Source of the DNA: an uncultured Methanosarcinales archaeon
GTDB lineage: Archaea > Nanobdellota > Nanobdellia > Woesearchaeales > SKGA01
Direction: 5' to 3'
DNA length: 51,550 nucleotides
Assembly: GCA_964430665.1 (NCBI GenBank)
Contig: CAYSFC010000003.1
Location: forward strand, 1-51,550
How positions within the stretch are numbered: position 1 is the first letter of the stretch; the number at the start of each line of letters is the position of its first letter. Of this stretch, positions 1-8,938 are shown in pieces. The position numbers and the translations under genes were made by a program. The notes below the pieces were generated by a model. The model did not search any database, was not told the origin of the DNA, and saw only the letters and a list, made by a program, of their open reading frames with translations.

Positions 1-3000
1 ACAGATAACTTAAGCGGAATAAATCAATACCAATACGCTATTGGAACAAGTATACATCCAGACAGAGCAGAGGATTATGCTTATGCATGGGATCATTGGG
101 ATGATGTTCTTCCAGCAACAACAACTACATTTACAAGCGCTTCGCCAGAAGGATTAGACTTAACTGATGGCGAATCTTATTATTTATCAGTAAGAGCTCA
201 AGATAATCAAAGTTACTGGAGTTTATGGGACTCATCCGATGCTATAACTATAGATGTATCTGCACCAACTGGAGGAAGCATTTCATATCCAACAGGATTC
301 CTCACTACTAGTGACTCGATAACAATTACATATGTAATTGGAAATGATTCAATTTCAGGCTTAAAAGAAGCATCAGTGTGGGCAGCAAAAGTTCAAATGA
401 ATCCTGATGGTCAATGTCCAGGATTTGTTGATCAAGATTTTAACCACATACGGTCTATTTCTGAAGAAGAAATAGCATCCATAGATGTTTATGCACCACA
501 ATATTTAATACATCATGTAGATAATGGTTATTGTTATAAATTCAAATTAGATGTTTCAGATAATGTTGATAATAAAGAAACATATGATTATGCAACTTCT
601 TTAGCATTAAAAGTAGATACAACTCCACCAACACCAGTTGTTTTTGATATGGATTATGTATATACAACAAGCCCAACATTAAGTTTCAATTGGTTACCTT
701 CAGAAGATGAAGAATCTGGAATTAAATATTATAAATATTATTTATTTGATACTTTAACTCCTTCAAATTACTTAGTAAATGGAACAACAACTTCAACATC
801 AGTTACTTTACCTGATTTAAGATATGAACTCGAAGACCAACATTCATACAAACTAAAAGTTGTAGCATATAATAATTATAATCTTTCAAGTTCATCAACT
901 TCACCATATGTATTGTATGGAGATAAAATAGTTCCAGATCCATTAGAACCAATATTTGTTGGAAACAACAACACAATTGCATCACCAATTTATGTTGATT
1001 CCACCGAAACAAACAGTACTTTAATATTATTATCAGGAGAAGAATCCTTAGATTGTATATGGTCTTTCTACGATGTTGACTTTGCTTTCCCAACAGGAAA
1101 CGGATTCAGAAATAATTGCACACCTCTGCCTTCAGAAAATGGAAACTACACATGTAATATAACTCCAATAGATGAAGGACACCAAACAGTACACATTGCT
1201 TGTAAAGATTCAGCAAATAATTTACAAACAAGTTCAACAAATTTAGACTTTTCATTCGTGAAAGAATCTAAACCTCCAAGATTAAACATAACTTACCCAG
1301 AACCAAATCAAGTAGTTTCAGGATTATCTGTACAAGGTGTATTTGATGTAAAAGAAATTTCATCATTTAATTATTCATATAAATTTACTCAAGAAGGAAG
1401 TGTACTTTCTAAAGGAACATCCTATATTAACAACACTAATTACAACAATGATGAAAATGTAGGTACTTTACAAACAAATGTGTCCGGATTAGAGGGAATA
1501 ACAGGAAATGTAAGATTATATGTTAATGCAACAGATTCATTCAACAGAACAAACGAAACTTACGTAGATTTCATAGTAACAAAAGACGCACCTCAAATTG
1601 ATAACAACCTAGAATCAAATTACATAAACGAATCAACAGATATAAATCTAACATTAACTCTTTGGGAATATTTTAGTTACAACATAACTTACGAAAACGG
1701 AACTTTAATACCAACATATAATGATTCAAATACATCCATTGATTTAGTTAATTTATCTAATTATATAATAAATTTAAATATCGCAGATTTTACAGACGGA
1801 ATATATTATCTAAACTTATATGCAAACAATAGTGACGATCAAGGAAGTGAAGCACCATACCAACAACAAATAAAATTAACTGTAGATACAACCTTACCAA
1901 TTGGATTTGAAGACTCAAAAATAATAACACCAGATATAATTTTTGAAAGTGATGACGTTACAGTTTCAACAGTATTTCAAGATTTAAATGGATTCTCAGA
2001 AGTATTATTATATTTCAACGATGGAACAAGTAACAGTTCTACAATCGCATATCCTTCACCAGAAGAAGATAATACAATAGAATATCACGCAACAATACCT
2101 TCATCAAATTTAAAAATTAATCAAACATTTATATTAATTTGGTCTGTAAAAGACATGGCAGGAAATAAATTAATTTATCCTTTTGGTTCATTTTTTGTTG
2201 ATAACACTCCTCCATCAATAACAACAAATAATCTATCAACGGGAACTTTAAACACAAATTACCTTGATGTAATATATTTCAATGATCCTGATGCTTCACA
2301 AAACGAAACAACTAATTTCAATTGCAGCGCAACAAATTTACATTCAGGACTAACTATTACAACAGACACAACAGAATCATGCACAATATCAGGAATTCCA
2401 ACAGAACCAGGAACTAAAAACGTTACATTCACTGTAACAGATTACTTAAATGGAACTCCACTAGATTCAACATCAAAAAATATAACTCTAAACATATTAG
2501 ATTCAGTTAATTACACATTAAACATAGACACATATCACAACGTAGATATAACTTTTACAACAAGTGATGGAATTAATTATTCAACCACTGCAACATCAAG
2601 TCAAGATGGAGAAAATGTTTCAATAAACCTTCCATTAAATAAAACAATTGATATGTATCTTAAAACAAATGACTTTTCACTACTTGCACCAAACATTTCC
2701 TTAGACGAAAACATTTCCTTATACTACAAAGGATTATTTGATTGGAGCACTTTAGAATGGGAAGATGATTTACTAGGAATAAACAATTACAACAAACCAT
2801 TAAAGGCGAAAATATTAGAATTAAATACAGATTCAAACATAACAAGAACATACACTGTTGGAATGAGATATTCAGATGTGAATCTATCTCCTAACACATT
2901 AAAAATATTCAAATATTATTATGATAAAAATCTTAATGAACCAATATATGATGATAATGAATCAATAGGTTTAGTAACTTCATACTTAGACGGAGATTTC

Positions 3001-3870
3001 ATAAAAACAGAAGTTCAAAACTTTTCAATATTCGTATTAACAGGAAATGGTCCTCAATGTTCTGATGGAATAGATAACGATGGAGACGGTTTAATAGATT
3101 TAGATGACCCGGGTTGTGAAGGAGATCCAAATAACGATGACGAATCTTCAGATTATGTAGCACCGCCACCAGGTCCTTCAGGAGGCGGAGGCGGAGGCTT
3201 CGGAGGAGGTTTCCCTCCTGGACCAACTTGTGATGATGGTATTCAAAATGGAGATGAATTAGGAATAGATTGCGGAGGCGCATGCGAACCATGTCCAACA
3301 AATCAAACTTACACTCCACCAACAGAAGATGAAGATGAAGATGAATCAATAGAAGTAGTAACAACAAAACCAACAGAACCTGAAGTTATAACAAAAACAG
3401 AAACTAAAGTTATTGTAGAAAAAGTTATGCCAATATTCATTTGGTTAGTTTTAGCAGCAGTACTTGCAGGTGCAGGTTACTTCATATATCACATATATTC
3501 AACAGATGAAAAGAAAATACACAAATTAAGCGAAGAAAAAATGAAATTATCAGAGGAATCAAAATCATTACTTAACGAAGATTTACATTTAGTTGGAGAT
3601 TATGTAAAAATGGCTTTAGCGAAAGGCTTTGCAAGAGACGTAATCAAAAAACAATTATTGAAAAACGGATATTTAAGTCAAAATATTGATGCAGTTTTCG
3701 ACGTAGTAACTGCTGAAGAGAAAGTAATCTCTGCAGTTAAATATTTCAACGAATATATTCCACAAGGTTACACAGTTGATGAAATAAAAGATTGGTTAAA
3801 AGAAAACGGAATAGATGAAAACATAATTCAAAAAGCAGCAGAAAAAGTTCAAAACAATTCTTTTAAGTAG
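1..3870 (+). CDS. Giant cell-surface (adhesin-like) protein, 5'-truncated by the window edge. Repeated Ig/FN3-like modules, two Cys-bracketed acidic modules, a Gly run, one C-terminal TM helix and a cytoplasmic tail.
   Basis: Frame 1 has no stop from nt 1, so the track start at 376 (GTG) is internal. Many N-x-S/T sequons are present. Motifs include CSDGIDNDGDGLIDLDDPGC and CDDGIQNGDELGIDCGGACEPC. The TM segment is IFIWLVLAAVLAGAGYFIYHIY. Confidence 0.8.
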   Translation, partial: TDNLSGINQYQYAIGTSIHPDRAEDYAYAWDHWDDVLPATTTTFTSASPEGLDLTDGESYYLSVRAQDNQSYWSLWDSSDAITIDVSAPTGGSISYPTGFLTTSDSITITYVIGNDSISGLKEASVWAAKVQMNPDGQCPGFVDQDFNHIRSISEEEIASIDVYAPQYLIHHVDNGYCYKFKLDVSDNVDNKETYDYATSLALKVDTTPPTPVVFDMDYVYTTSPTLSFNWLPSEDEESGIKYYKYYLFDTLTPSNYLVNGTTTSTSVTLPDLRYELEDQHSYKLKVVAYNNYNLSSSSTSPYVLYGDKIVPDPLEPIFVGNNNTIASPIYVDSTETNSTLILLSGEESLDCIWSFYDVDFAFPTGNGFRNNCTPLPSENGNYTCNITPIDEGHQTVHIACKDSANNLQTSSTNLDFSFVKESKPPRLNITYPEPNQVVSGLSVQGVFDVKEISSFNYSYKFTQEGSVLSKGTSYINNTNYNNDENVGTLQTNVSGLEGITGNVRLYVNATDSFNRTNETYVDFIVTKDAPQIDNNLESNYINESTDINLTLTLWEYFSYNITYENGTLIPTYNDSNTSIDLVNLSNYIINLNIADFTDGIYYLNLYANNSDDQGSEAPYQQQIKLTVDTTLPIGFEDSKIITPDIIFESDDVTVSTVFQDLNGFSEVLLYFNDGTSNSSTIAYPSPEEDNTIEYHATIPSSNLKINQTFILIWSVKDMAGNKLIYPFGSFFVDNTPPSITTNNLSTGTLNTNYLDVIYFNDPDASQNETTNFNCSATNLHSGLTITTDTTESCTISGIPTEPGTKNVTFTVTDYLNGTPLDSTSKNITLNILDSVNYTLNIDTYHNVDITFTTSDGINYSTTATSSQDGENVSINLPLNKTIDMYLKTNDFSLLAPNISLDENISLYYKGLFDWSTLEWEDDLLGINNYNKPLKAKILELNTDSNITRTYTVGMRYSDVNLSPNTLKIFKYYYDKNLNEPIYDDNESIGLVTSYLDGDFIKTEVQNFSIFVLTGNGPQCSDGIDNDGDGLIDLDDPGCEGDPNNDDESSDYVAPPPGPSGGGGGGFGGGFPPGPTCDDGIQNGDELGIDCGGACEPCPTNQTYTPPTEDEDEDESIEVVTTKPTEPEVITKTETKVIVEKVMPIFIWLVLAAVLAGAGYFIYHIYSTDEKKIHKLSEEKMKLSEESKSLLNEDLHLVGDYVKMALAKGFARDVIKKQLLKNGYLSQNIDAVFDVVTAEEKVISAVKYFNEYIPQGYTVDEIKDWLKENGIDENIIQKAAEKVQNNSFK

Positions 3871-3878
3871 GTGTTTTT

Positions 3879-4382
3879 ATGGTAGATGAATTCAAACAAG
3901 TAGTAGAATTATTGGAAAAGTCAGAAGTATTTAAAAATTTTTTAGAAGAGTACAAAGGATATCATTTGGCTCACGGATTTATACAATTAAATCCTGAGTT
4001 CAGTGAAAAAACTCCTTGGCAAATTGGGTATTATTCAGAAGAAAAAGATAATTTAGCTATATTTGAAACCAAACCTCTAAAATTACTTCCCTTTGAAAAA
4101 GCCTTTAAAAAAGATGGAACAATAGATGAATTGAAAAAAGAAGATTTACTTTCATCAGAAAATATATTAAAAAAACTAGCATTACACTTACAAAAAAAAT
4201 ATAGCACATATATACCAAATTCACATATGTTGATTGTTCAAGTAATAAATAAAGTCCCTGTATTTAACGTAACCACCATTACATCTTCATTCCACATGAT
4301 AAATACTAGATTTGATGCAAAAACTGGAGAAATAATATTGGATGAATTAAGATCTATTCTCGACCTACGTCATGGAAACTGA
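3879..4382 (+). CDS. Hypothetical protein, probably co-transcribed with the surface protein
   Basis: 167-aa ORF lying 8 nt after the upstream stop, with AGGTG a few nt before the ATG. I recognise no motif. Confidence 0.55.
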   Translation: MVDEFKQVVELLEKSEVFKNFLEEYKGYHLAHGFIQLNPEFSEKTPWQIGYYSEEKDNLAIFETKPLKLLPFEKAFKKDGTIDELKKEDLLSSENILKKLALHLQKKYSTYIPNSHMLIVQVINKVPVFNVTTITSSFHMINTRFDAKTGEIILDELRSILDLRHGN

Positions 4383-5001
4383 ATTTTTTCTTTTCTTTTC
4401 TAAATTTTTTAACTTTTTCTAAGTCAAGAATCATACCCAGAGGTCCAGGATTAATAAGATAAGTTTCACCAATCCAATCATCCATTCCTTCACATTCATG
4501 TATATGACCTGCAAAAACCATTAAAGGTTGTTTTTTCTTAATATATCTAAGAGTGCTTTTATTTCCACAATGATGATCTTCGTAAGGAACATCAAGATTC
4601 GTTTTATATGGAGGACCATGCAAAAAAATAATTGTTTCTTCAACTTTTAATTTTTCAAAATATATCCATTTTTCAAAAGCCGAATCAGTTTTACTAAAAC
4701 CATCACCACCATAAAACAATAAGTTAAATCCTTTTTCACGAACAACTTCTTTGTGAACAAATTTAACATTAGGCAAATAAGAACAAATGGTTGAAAGATT
4801 CTCGGGTGTTTCATGATTCCCATGAATTATAAAAACAGGTTTAGGAAATTCATTGAGAACTTCCATTAAAAATTCTATATCGTGTTCAAAATAAGTTAAA
4901 TCTCCCAAACAAACAATAAAATCTACTTTTTTTGCTTTTCTTTTAACTTCTTCCATAGCGAACAAATCGCCGTGAGTATCTCCAAACACAAGAACTTTCA
5001 T
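4354..5001 (-). CDS. Calcineurin-like metallophosphoesterase (YfcE/MJ0936-like)
   Basis: Motifs seen: N-terminal VFGDTHGD, GDLTY, GNHE, and GHIH near the C-terminus. Confidence 0.85.
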   Translation of the reverse strand: MKVLVFGDTHGDLFAMEEVKRKAKKVDFIVCLGDLTYFEHDIEFLMEVLNEFPKPVFIIHGNHETPENLSTICSYLPNVKFVHKEVVREKGFNLLFYGGDGFSKTDSAFEKWIYFEKLKVEETIIFLHGPPYKTNLDVPYEDHHCGNKSTLRYIKKKQPLMVFAGHIHECEGMDDWIGETYLINPGPLGMILDLEKVKKFRKEKKKFSFHDVGRE

Positions 5002-5002
5002 T

Positions 5003-5953
5003 TTAAATCGATAACCTATTCAAGTCCCTCATGAAATTTAAAATATTTAATATAATTCTTTTCTTATCTCTATCACAATCAGCACAATTTTCTTCAATTT
5101 CTTTAATAATTTCATTTATTTTGTAAGCAGTTTCATCCGCAAGATTAGAATCTTTTTTATAAAATGCATTCATTAATTGAGTTTGAACTTCTTTTAACTC
5201 ACCAATATTTTCAATACACCCATCTTCTTTATTCTTTCTTTTACTCTTCAATATTTCATTCTTTGAAATTTTAGCAATGTATTCTATTTCATTAGACATT
5301 TTACTTAATATTTTTACAGATTCCCAATATCTTAACAATTCAATAGGATTTTTAACTTTACTTAAATTTGGATGTAATAATTTTGTTTGAATAACTCTGT
5401 AAAGTAAACGCCCTATTTTATCTATATTTTCTTCACGCTCAAAAATAGTTCTTATTATTTCTTTTTTATCATCAAAATCTTTCTTAAAACATTCTTTAAA
5501 ATCAATCATCATAGATCTAATTGTATTATCTATTCTTCTAACAAAAGAAATTATGTCCACAGTTTCAATATCAACATAACTTTTAGCAATTATTTTAGTA
5601 GATGTTTGTTCAATAACTTCCAGCGCAATATATTTTTTTAACCACTCATTTATCTTTTCAGAATATTCATTTAAATTTTGACCAGTTATTATTATATCTG
5701 TTGCTCCACCAACATAAGCACTAAATATTTTCCTTCTAATTGTACTAAATTTTGTTTTACTATCAGTGTTAATAATTAATTCTATTTTTTCTAACTCGGC
5801 GTTTTCTTTTTCAGGACTTAAAAGAAGATTTTTATTATCAAAATCAACATATATTAAATCTCCTTTTTTCAAGTCATTTTGAATTATCCACTTCTTAGGG
5901 AGCGAAACAACAAAAGAATTTCCTCCAAATTGAATTAATTTTCTGTATTCCAT
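5003..5953 (-). CDS. AbrB/SpoVT-domain protein with PhoU-like helical C-terminal region
   Basis: MEYRKLIQFGGNSFVVSLPKKWIIQNDLKKGDLIYV is a swapped-hairpin AbrB-type N-terminus. The start was moved to the internal Met because the upstream 21 aa are low-complexity. Confidence 0.6.
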   Translation of the reverse strand: MEYRKLIQFGGNSFVVSLPKKWIIQNDLKKGDLIYVDFDNKNLLLSPEKENAELEKIELIINTDSKTKFSTIRRKIFSAYVGGATDIIITGQNLNEYSEKINEWLKKYIALEVIEQTSTKIIAKSYVDIETVDIISFVRRIDNTIRSMMIDFKECFKKDFDDKKEIIRTIFEREENIDKIGRLLYRVIQTKLLHPNLSKVKNPIELLRYWESVKILSKMSNEIEYIAKISKNEILKSKRKNKEDGCIENIGELKEVQTQLMNAFYKKDSNLADETAYKINEIIKEIEENCADCDRDKKRIILNILNFMRDLNRLSI

Positions 5954-6038
5954 ATAAATAGAAATACTATATACTTTATATATTTTATTATCGGAATAAA
6001 TATATATTTTCTTCACACATTATTATTGGGGTGGTAAA

Positions 6039-6176
6039 ATGATAGAGTATAGTGATTCATTTTTAAACAAAAGTAAAAAAAGGGAATTTGAAGAATCATT
6101 AGAGGAGCAGCTTTGGGACGATGAATTAAGTTTTGAAGAAGCAGCATTTTTAATGGGTTACAACGACTTTAGTTAG
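6039..6176 (+). CDS. Possible small acidic protein (45 aa), not in the ORF track
   Basis: The ATG is preceded by GGGGTGG. Translation: MIEYSDSFLNKSKKREFEESLEEQLWDDELSFEEAAFLMGYNDFS. No homology recognised. Confidence 0.25.
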   Translation: MIEYSDSFLNKSKKREFEESLEEQLWDDELSFEEAAFLMGYNDFS

Positions 6177-6233
6177 GATTTAATTAACTAATAATAAATT
6201 AACTGTTATTTCTCAGGCACACAGCACACAAAA

Positions 6234-6265
6234 CAAAAAAAGGGTTTCTACGACGCTAGAAACCC
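6234..6265 (-). terminator. Hairpin plus oligo-T at the 3' end of the Lrp/AsnC gene
   Basis: GGGTTTCTA-N6-TAGAAACCC spans the stop codon. On the minus strand a run of 7 T follows it. Confidence 0.45.
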
Positions 6266-6694
6266 TTCTTTTACTATATCTTTAGCAATAAAAATTATTT
6301 CATTGTCCAACAAATTAAACTCCGTAGATAAATAATCAGTAAATTCTCTAGCTAATTGATTGTTTTCAAATATGCCTTCTACAAGAAAGTCATATTTATT
6401 GTTTAAAAGATACACCGAATTAACATTTTGATGTTCATTTAAGAACGATTCTAGTCTAATTCTGTTTTCAATTGGAACTTTTAAAAAAATTTGTGCCTTT
6501 GTAGTATATCCAATCTTACTAAAATCAATTAAAGTAGTGTATTTTGTTATAAAATCCTTTTCATGATTTTTCAATCTATCATACAAGGTAGATATAGGTA
6601 TGTGTATTTTTCTACTTATTTGAGTAAGTGTAGAACGAGAATTTTTTCTCAAATTCTTAATAAATTCTTGATCTGTTTTTCTTAGTATTTTCAT
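6248..6694 (-). CDS. Lrp/AsnC-family transcriptional regulator
   Basis: N-terminal HTH (SRSTLTQISRKIHIPISTLYDRLKNHEKD) followed by a C-terminal RAM-like alpha/beta domain. GGAGGA lies 5 nt upstream of the ATG. Confidence 0.8.
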   Translation of the reverse strand: MKILRKTDQEFIKNLRKNSRSTLTQISRKIHIPISTLYDRLKNHEKDFITKYTTLIDFSKIGYTTKAQIFLKVPIENRIRLESFLNEHQNVNSVYLLNNKYDFLVEGIFENNQLAREFTDYLSTEFNLLDNEIIFIAKDIVKEGFLAS

Positions 6695-6788
6695 TTTATG
6701 TCCTCCAAGTGCCTCACCACTTATACGGTTTTAAGATAAGGACATATTTAGATTAAATTCTTAAGAACTAAAAGGTACTTTAAGAAAA

Positions 6789-6905
6789 TGGTGCATCGGC
6801 CGGGACATTCGTAACAGAACACAGCGCTTAGCGCAGTTTGCTGTTTTTTCGAACCCGGATCACAGGCTTGGAAGGCCCATATCCTAGCCGTTAGACTACC
6901 GATGC
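6789..6905 (-). tRNA. tRNA-Gly(UCC), genomically encoded CCA, roughly 42-nt intron in the T-loop (between positions 59 and 60)
   Basis: Hand-folded cloverleaf: acceptor GCATCGG/CCGATGC; D arm GTCT-AACGGCTA-GGAT; anticodon arm TGGGC-CTTCCAA-GCCTG; T stem CCGGG/CCCGG. TTCGAA and the closing T of the T-loop are separated by about 42 nt (about 6806..6847). Confidence 0.8.
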
Positions 6906-6928
6906 GTATTGAGAAGAAGATTTACCTC

Positions 6929-6938
6929 TTTTATAAAG
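6929..6938 (-). promoter_or_regulatory. TATA-box candidate for tRNA-Gly
   Basis: CTTTATAAAA on the minus strand, centred about 29 nt upstream of tRNA position 1. Confidence 0.4.
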
Positions 6939-7061
6939 ATTACTATGGTGTTAACTAGCAATTAAAACTTCTCAAAAAAGAGAATATACTTTAATAATGC
7001 CATAAAACTATTAACTTGACTATGAAAACCTTAATAAATACTTTATATCTCAATAAGTCTA

Positions 7062-7724
7062 ATGAAATCAAATAAATGGGTTTTTGTCATTTGTGCACAT
7101 TCAGATGATCAAATTCTCGGTGCGGGAGGAACAATTGCAAAATATTCTGAAGAAGGAATAAATGTTCTTACAATCATATTTTCATATGGAGAAGGATCTA
7201 ATCCTCACTTTAAAAAAGAAATAATCAAAGAAATGAGAATTAATGAAGCATTAGATGCAGATAAAATTGTGGGAGGACGTGGAGTTAAATTTTTAGGTTT
7301 ATCTGAAGGAAAATTCAAAAAACAATTTTATGAACAAGAAAAAGATAAAGAATTAGTTCGTCTAATAAAAAAATATAAACCTGAAAAAATACTAACTCAT
7401 GCAACAGATGATTCTCACCCAGATCATAAAAATGTAAATCTTTTGGTCGTAGAAACATACGATAAATTAAATGAAAAAATTAAATCTAAATTAGATATAT
7501 ATACTTTCGGAGTTTGGAGATTTTTCAAATTCAAAAAGAGAAATAATCCTCGTCTAGTTGTAGAAATAAACACCCAATTTGAAAAAAAAACTCGTGCATT
7601 AAAAGTTTTCAAAAGTCAGTGGGATTCAATGCTAGTATTAACTTGGAGCATTTATCTAAAAGCATTCATGGCAGGATTTAGACACAATTGCGGATTAGCG
7701 GAGGAGTTTTATAAGTTAAGATGA
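7062..7724 (+). CDS. PIG-L/LmbE-family N-acetylglucosaminyl deacetylase
   Basis: VICAHSDDQILGAGGTIAKY matches the AHPDD-type motif. A downstream HPDH zinc-ligand motif is also present. Confidence 0.8.
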   Translation: MKSNKWVFVICAHSDDQILGAGGTIAKYSEEGINVLTIIFSYGEGSNPHFKKEIIKEMRINEALDADKIVGGRGVKFLGLSEGKFKKQFYEQEKDKELVRLIKKYKPEKILTHATDDSHPDHKNVNLLVVETYDKLNEKIKSKLDIYTFGVWRFFKFKKRNNPRLVVEINTQFEKKTRALKVFKSQWDSMLVLTWSIYLKAFMAGFRHNCGLAEEFYKLR

Positions 7725-8938
7725 AAACTAAAAACGCTCTTCCAAACCTAATAATTGCCACAGATAATTTTTTACCTAGGCGAGATGGAATTACAAGATT
7801 TCTTTCCAAAACAATACCTCATTTAAAAAATTACTTTAACATAACAGTTATATGTCCTCAGTTCGATAAAAAAGATGTTCCTTTAGAAGGAATAAACTTT
7901 GTCAAAATTCCTTTAAGAAAAACCCAAATTGGAGATTTTATACCTGCAAAATTTGAGGTTAAAAAAATAAAAAAGGCATTATCAAAAGAAGCAATATTTT
8001 TTTCTCAAACATTAGGTCCTATAGGTGGCACTGCACTATATTTGGCAGAAAGAAAAAAAATGAAAACTTCTGCATTCATACATTCTATAGAATGGAAATT
8101 AGTTTCACAAAATATGAAAAATTTCTTCTTCAAAAAATGGTCAATTCCTTTTGTAAAAATACTAGTTAGATTTCTATATAAAAGATGCGATTATCTCTTA
8201 GTTCCATCAGATAGAATTGCAGATACATTGTCTTGGGAAAGGATTTTAACTCCAAAAGTAAATATACGTTTGGGTGTTGATTATGATCATTTTTTACCTT
8301 ATTATAAAAATACAAATAGAAAAAGAATTCGTGAAATGTTAGAAATAGATGAAAAAGATATTGTTTTAGGATATCATGGAAGGTTATCCTATGAAAAAGA
8401 TTTAGAAACACTATTAAGAGCATTCATAAAAATTCGTACAAAATACCCCCAACTTAAATTACTAATTGTTGGTAGTGGTGTAAATTCCATAGAAAAAAAA
8501 TTAAAAAATCAAAAAGGAGTAATTCATATTCCATCAACATCAAACGTATATAATTATCTTTCAATAATGGACATTTATTGTATGCCCTCTTTAACAGAGA
8601 CAACTTCTCTATCAACATTAGAAGCAATGAGCACAGAATTACCAATAATAACGACAGGTGTAGGTTTTATAAAAGATTACGTAAAAGACGATTTTAACGG
8701 TTATTTATTCAAAAAAAGAGATTCATATGATTTAGCAAAACAAATTGAAAAATTATTAAAACATTCTGAATTAAGACAAATTTTTGGAAAACGATCAAGA
8801 GATATAGTTATAAAAAACTTTGATTGGTCAACAACAATTTCTCATTTAATAGCATTTCTACAAGAATTAGAAAAAATGAGATTCGAAGAAAAAAATAAAA
8901 ATAATAAAAATGAAAAGGAAAATAATAAAAATAGCTGA
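7721..8938 (+). CDS. GT-B glycosyltransferase, family 4-like
   Basis: ATGA overlap with the deacetylase. N-terminal DNFLPRRDGITRF; C-terminal PSLTETTSLSTLEAMSTELPIITT (E-x7-E); K/N-rich tail. Confidence 0.8.
   Translation: MKTKNALPNLIIATDNFLPRRDGITRFLSKTIPHLKNYFNITVICPQFDKKDVPLEGINFVKIPLRKTQIGDFIPAKFEVKKIKKALSKEAIFFSQTLGPIGGTALYLAERKKMKTSAFIHSIEWKLVSQNMKNFFFKKWSIPFVKILVRFLYKRCDYLLVPSDRIADTLSWERILTPKVNIRLGVDYDHFLPYYKNTNRKRIREMLEIDEKDIVLGYHGRLSYEKDLETLLRAFIKIRTKYPQLKLLIVGSGVNSIEKKLKNQKGVIHIPSTSNVYNYLSIMDIYCMPSLTETTSLSTLEAMSTELPIITTGVGFIKDYVKDDFNGYLFKKRDSYDLAKQIEKLLKHSELRQIFGKRSRDIVIKNFDWSTTISHLIAFLQELEKMRFEEKNKNNKNEKENNKNS

Noticed and set aside
3175-3230. GGAGGCGGAGGCGGAGGC-type tandem repeat. 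A similar GGCGGAGGAGGTTTCGGCGGAGG repeat occurs at about 47135..47215.
   Set aside because: Both are in-frame Gly/Phe runs of coding sequence (the surface-protein linker and the DnaJ G/F region). They are not CRISPR repeats or non-coding satellites.
803-3373. Minus-strand ORFs inside the surface-protein gene (803..1093, 2660..2851, 2999..3373).
   Set aside because: They are antisense shadow ORFs. Their translations are low-complexity (L/H/I-rich), they have no start context, and they are fully contained in a long, clearly coding plus-strand frame.
4354-4382. 29-nt convergent 3' overlap between the 167-aa ORF and the metallophosphoesterase gene.
   Set aside because: It is probably just tight packing. 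Both frames have genuine stops, and no structure or motif suggests a regulatory antisense element.
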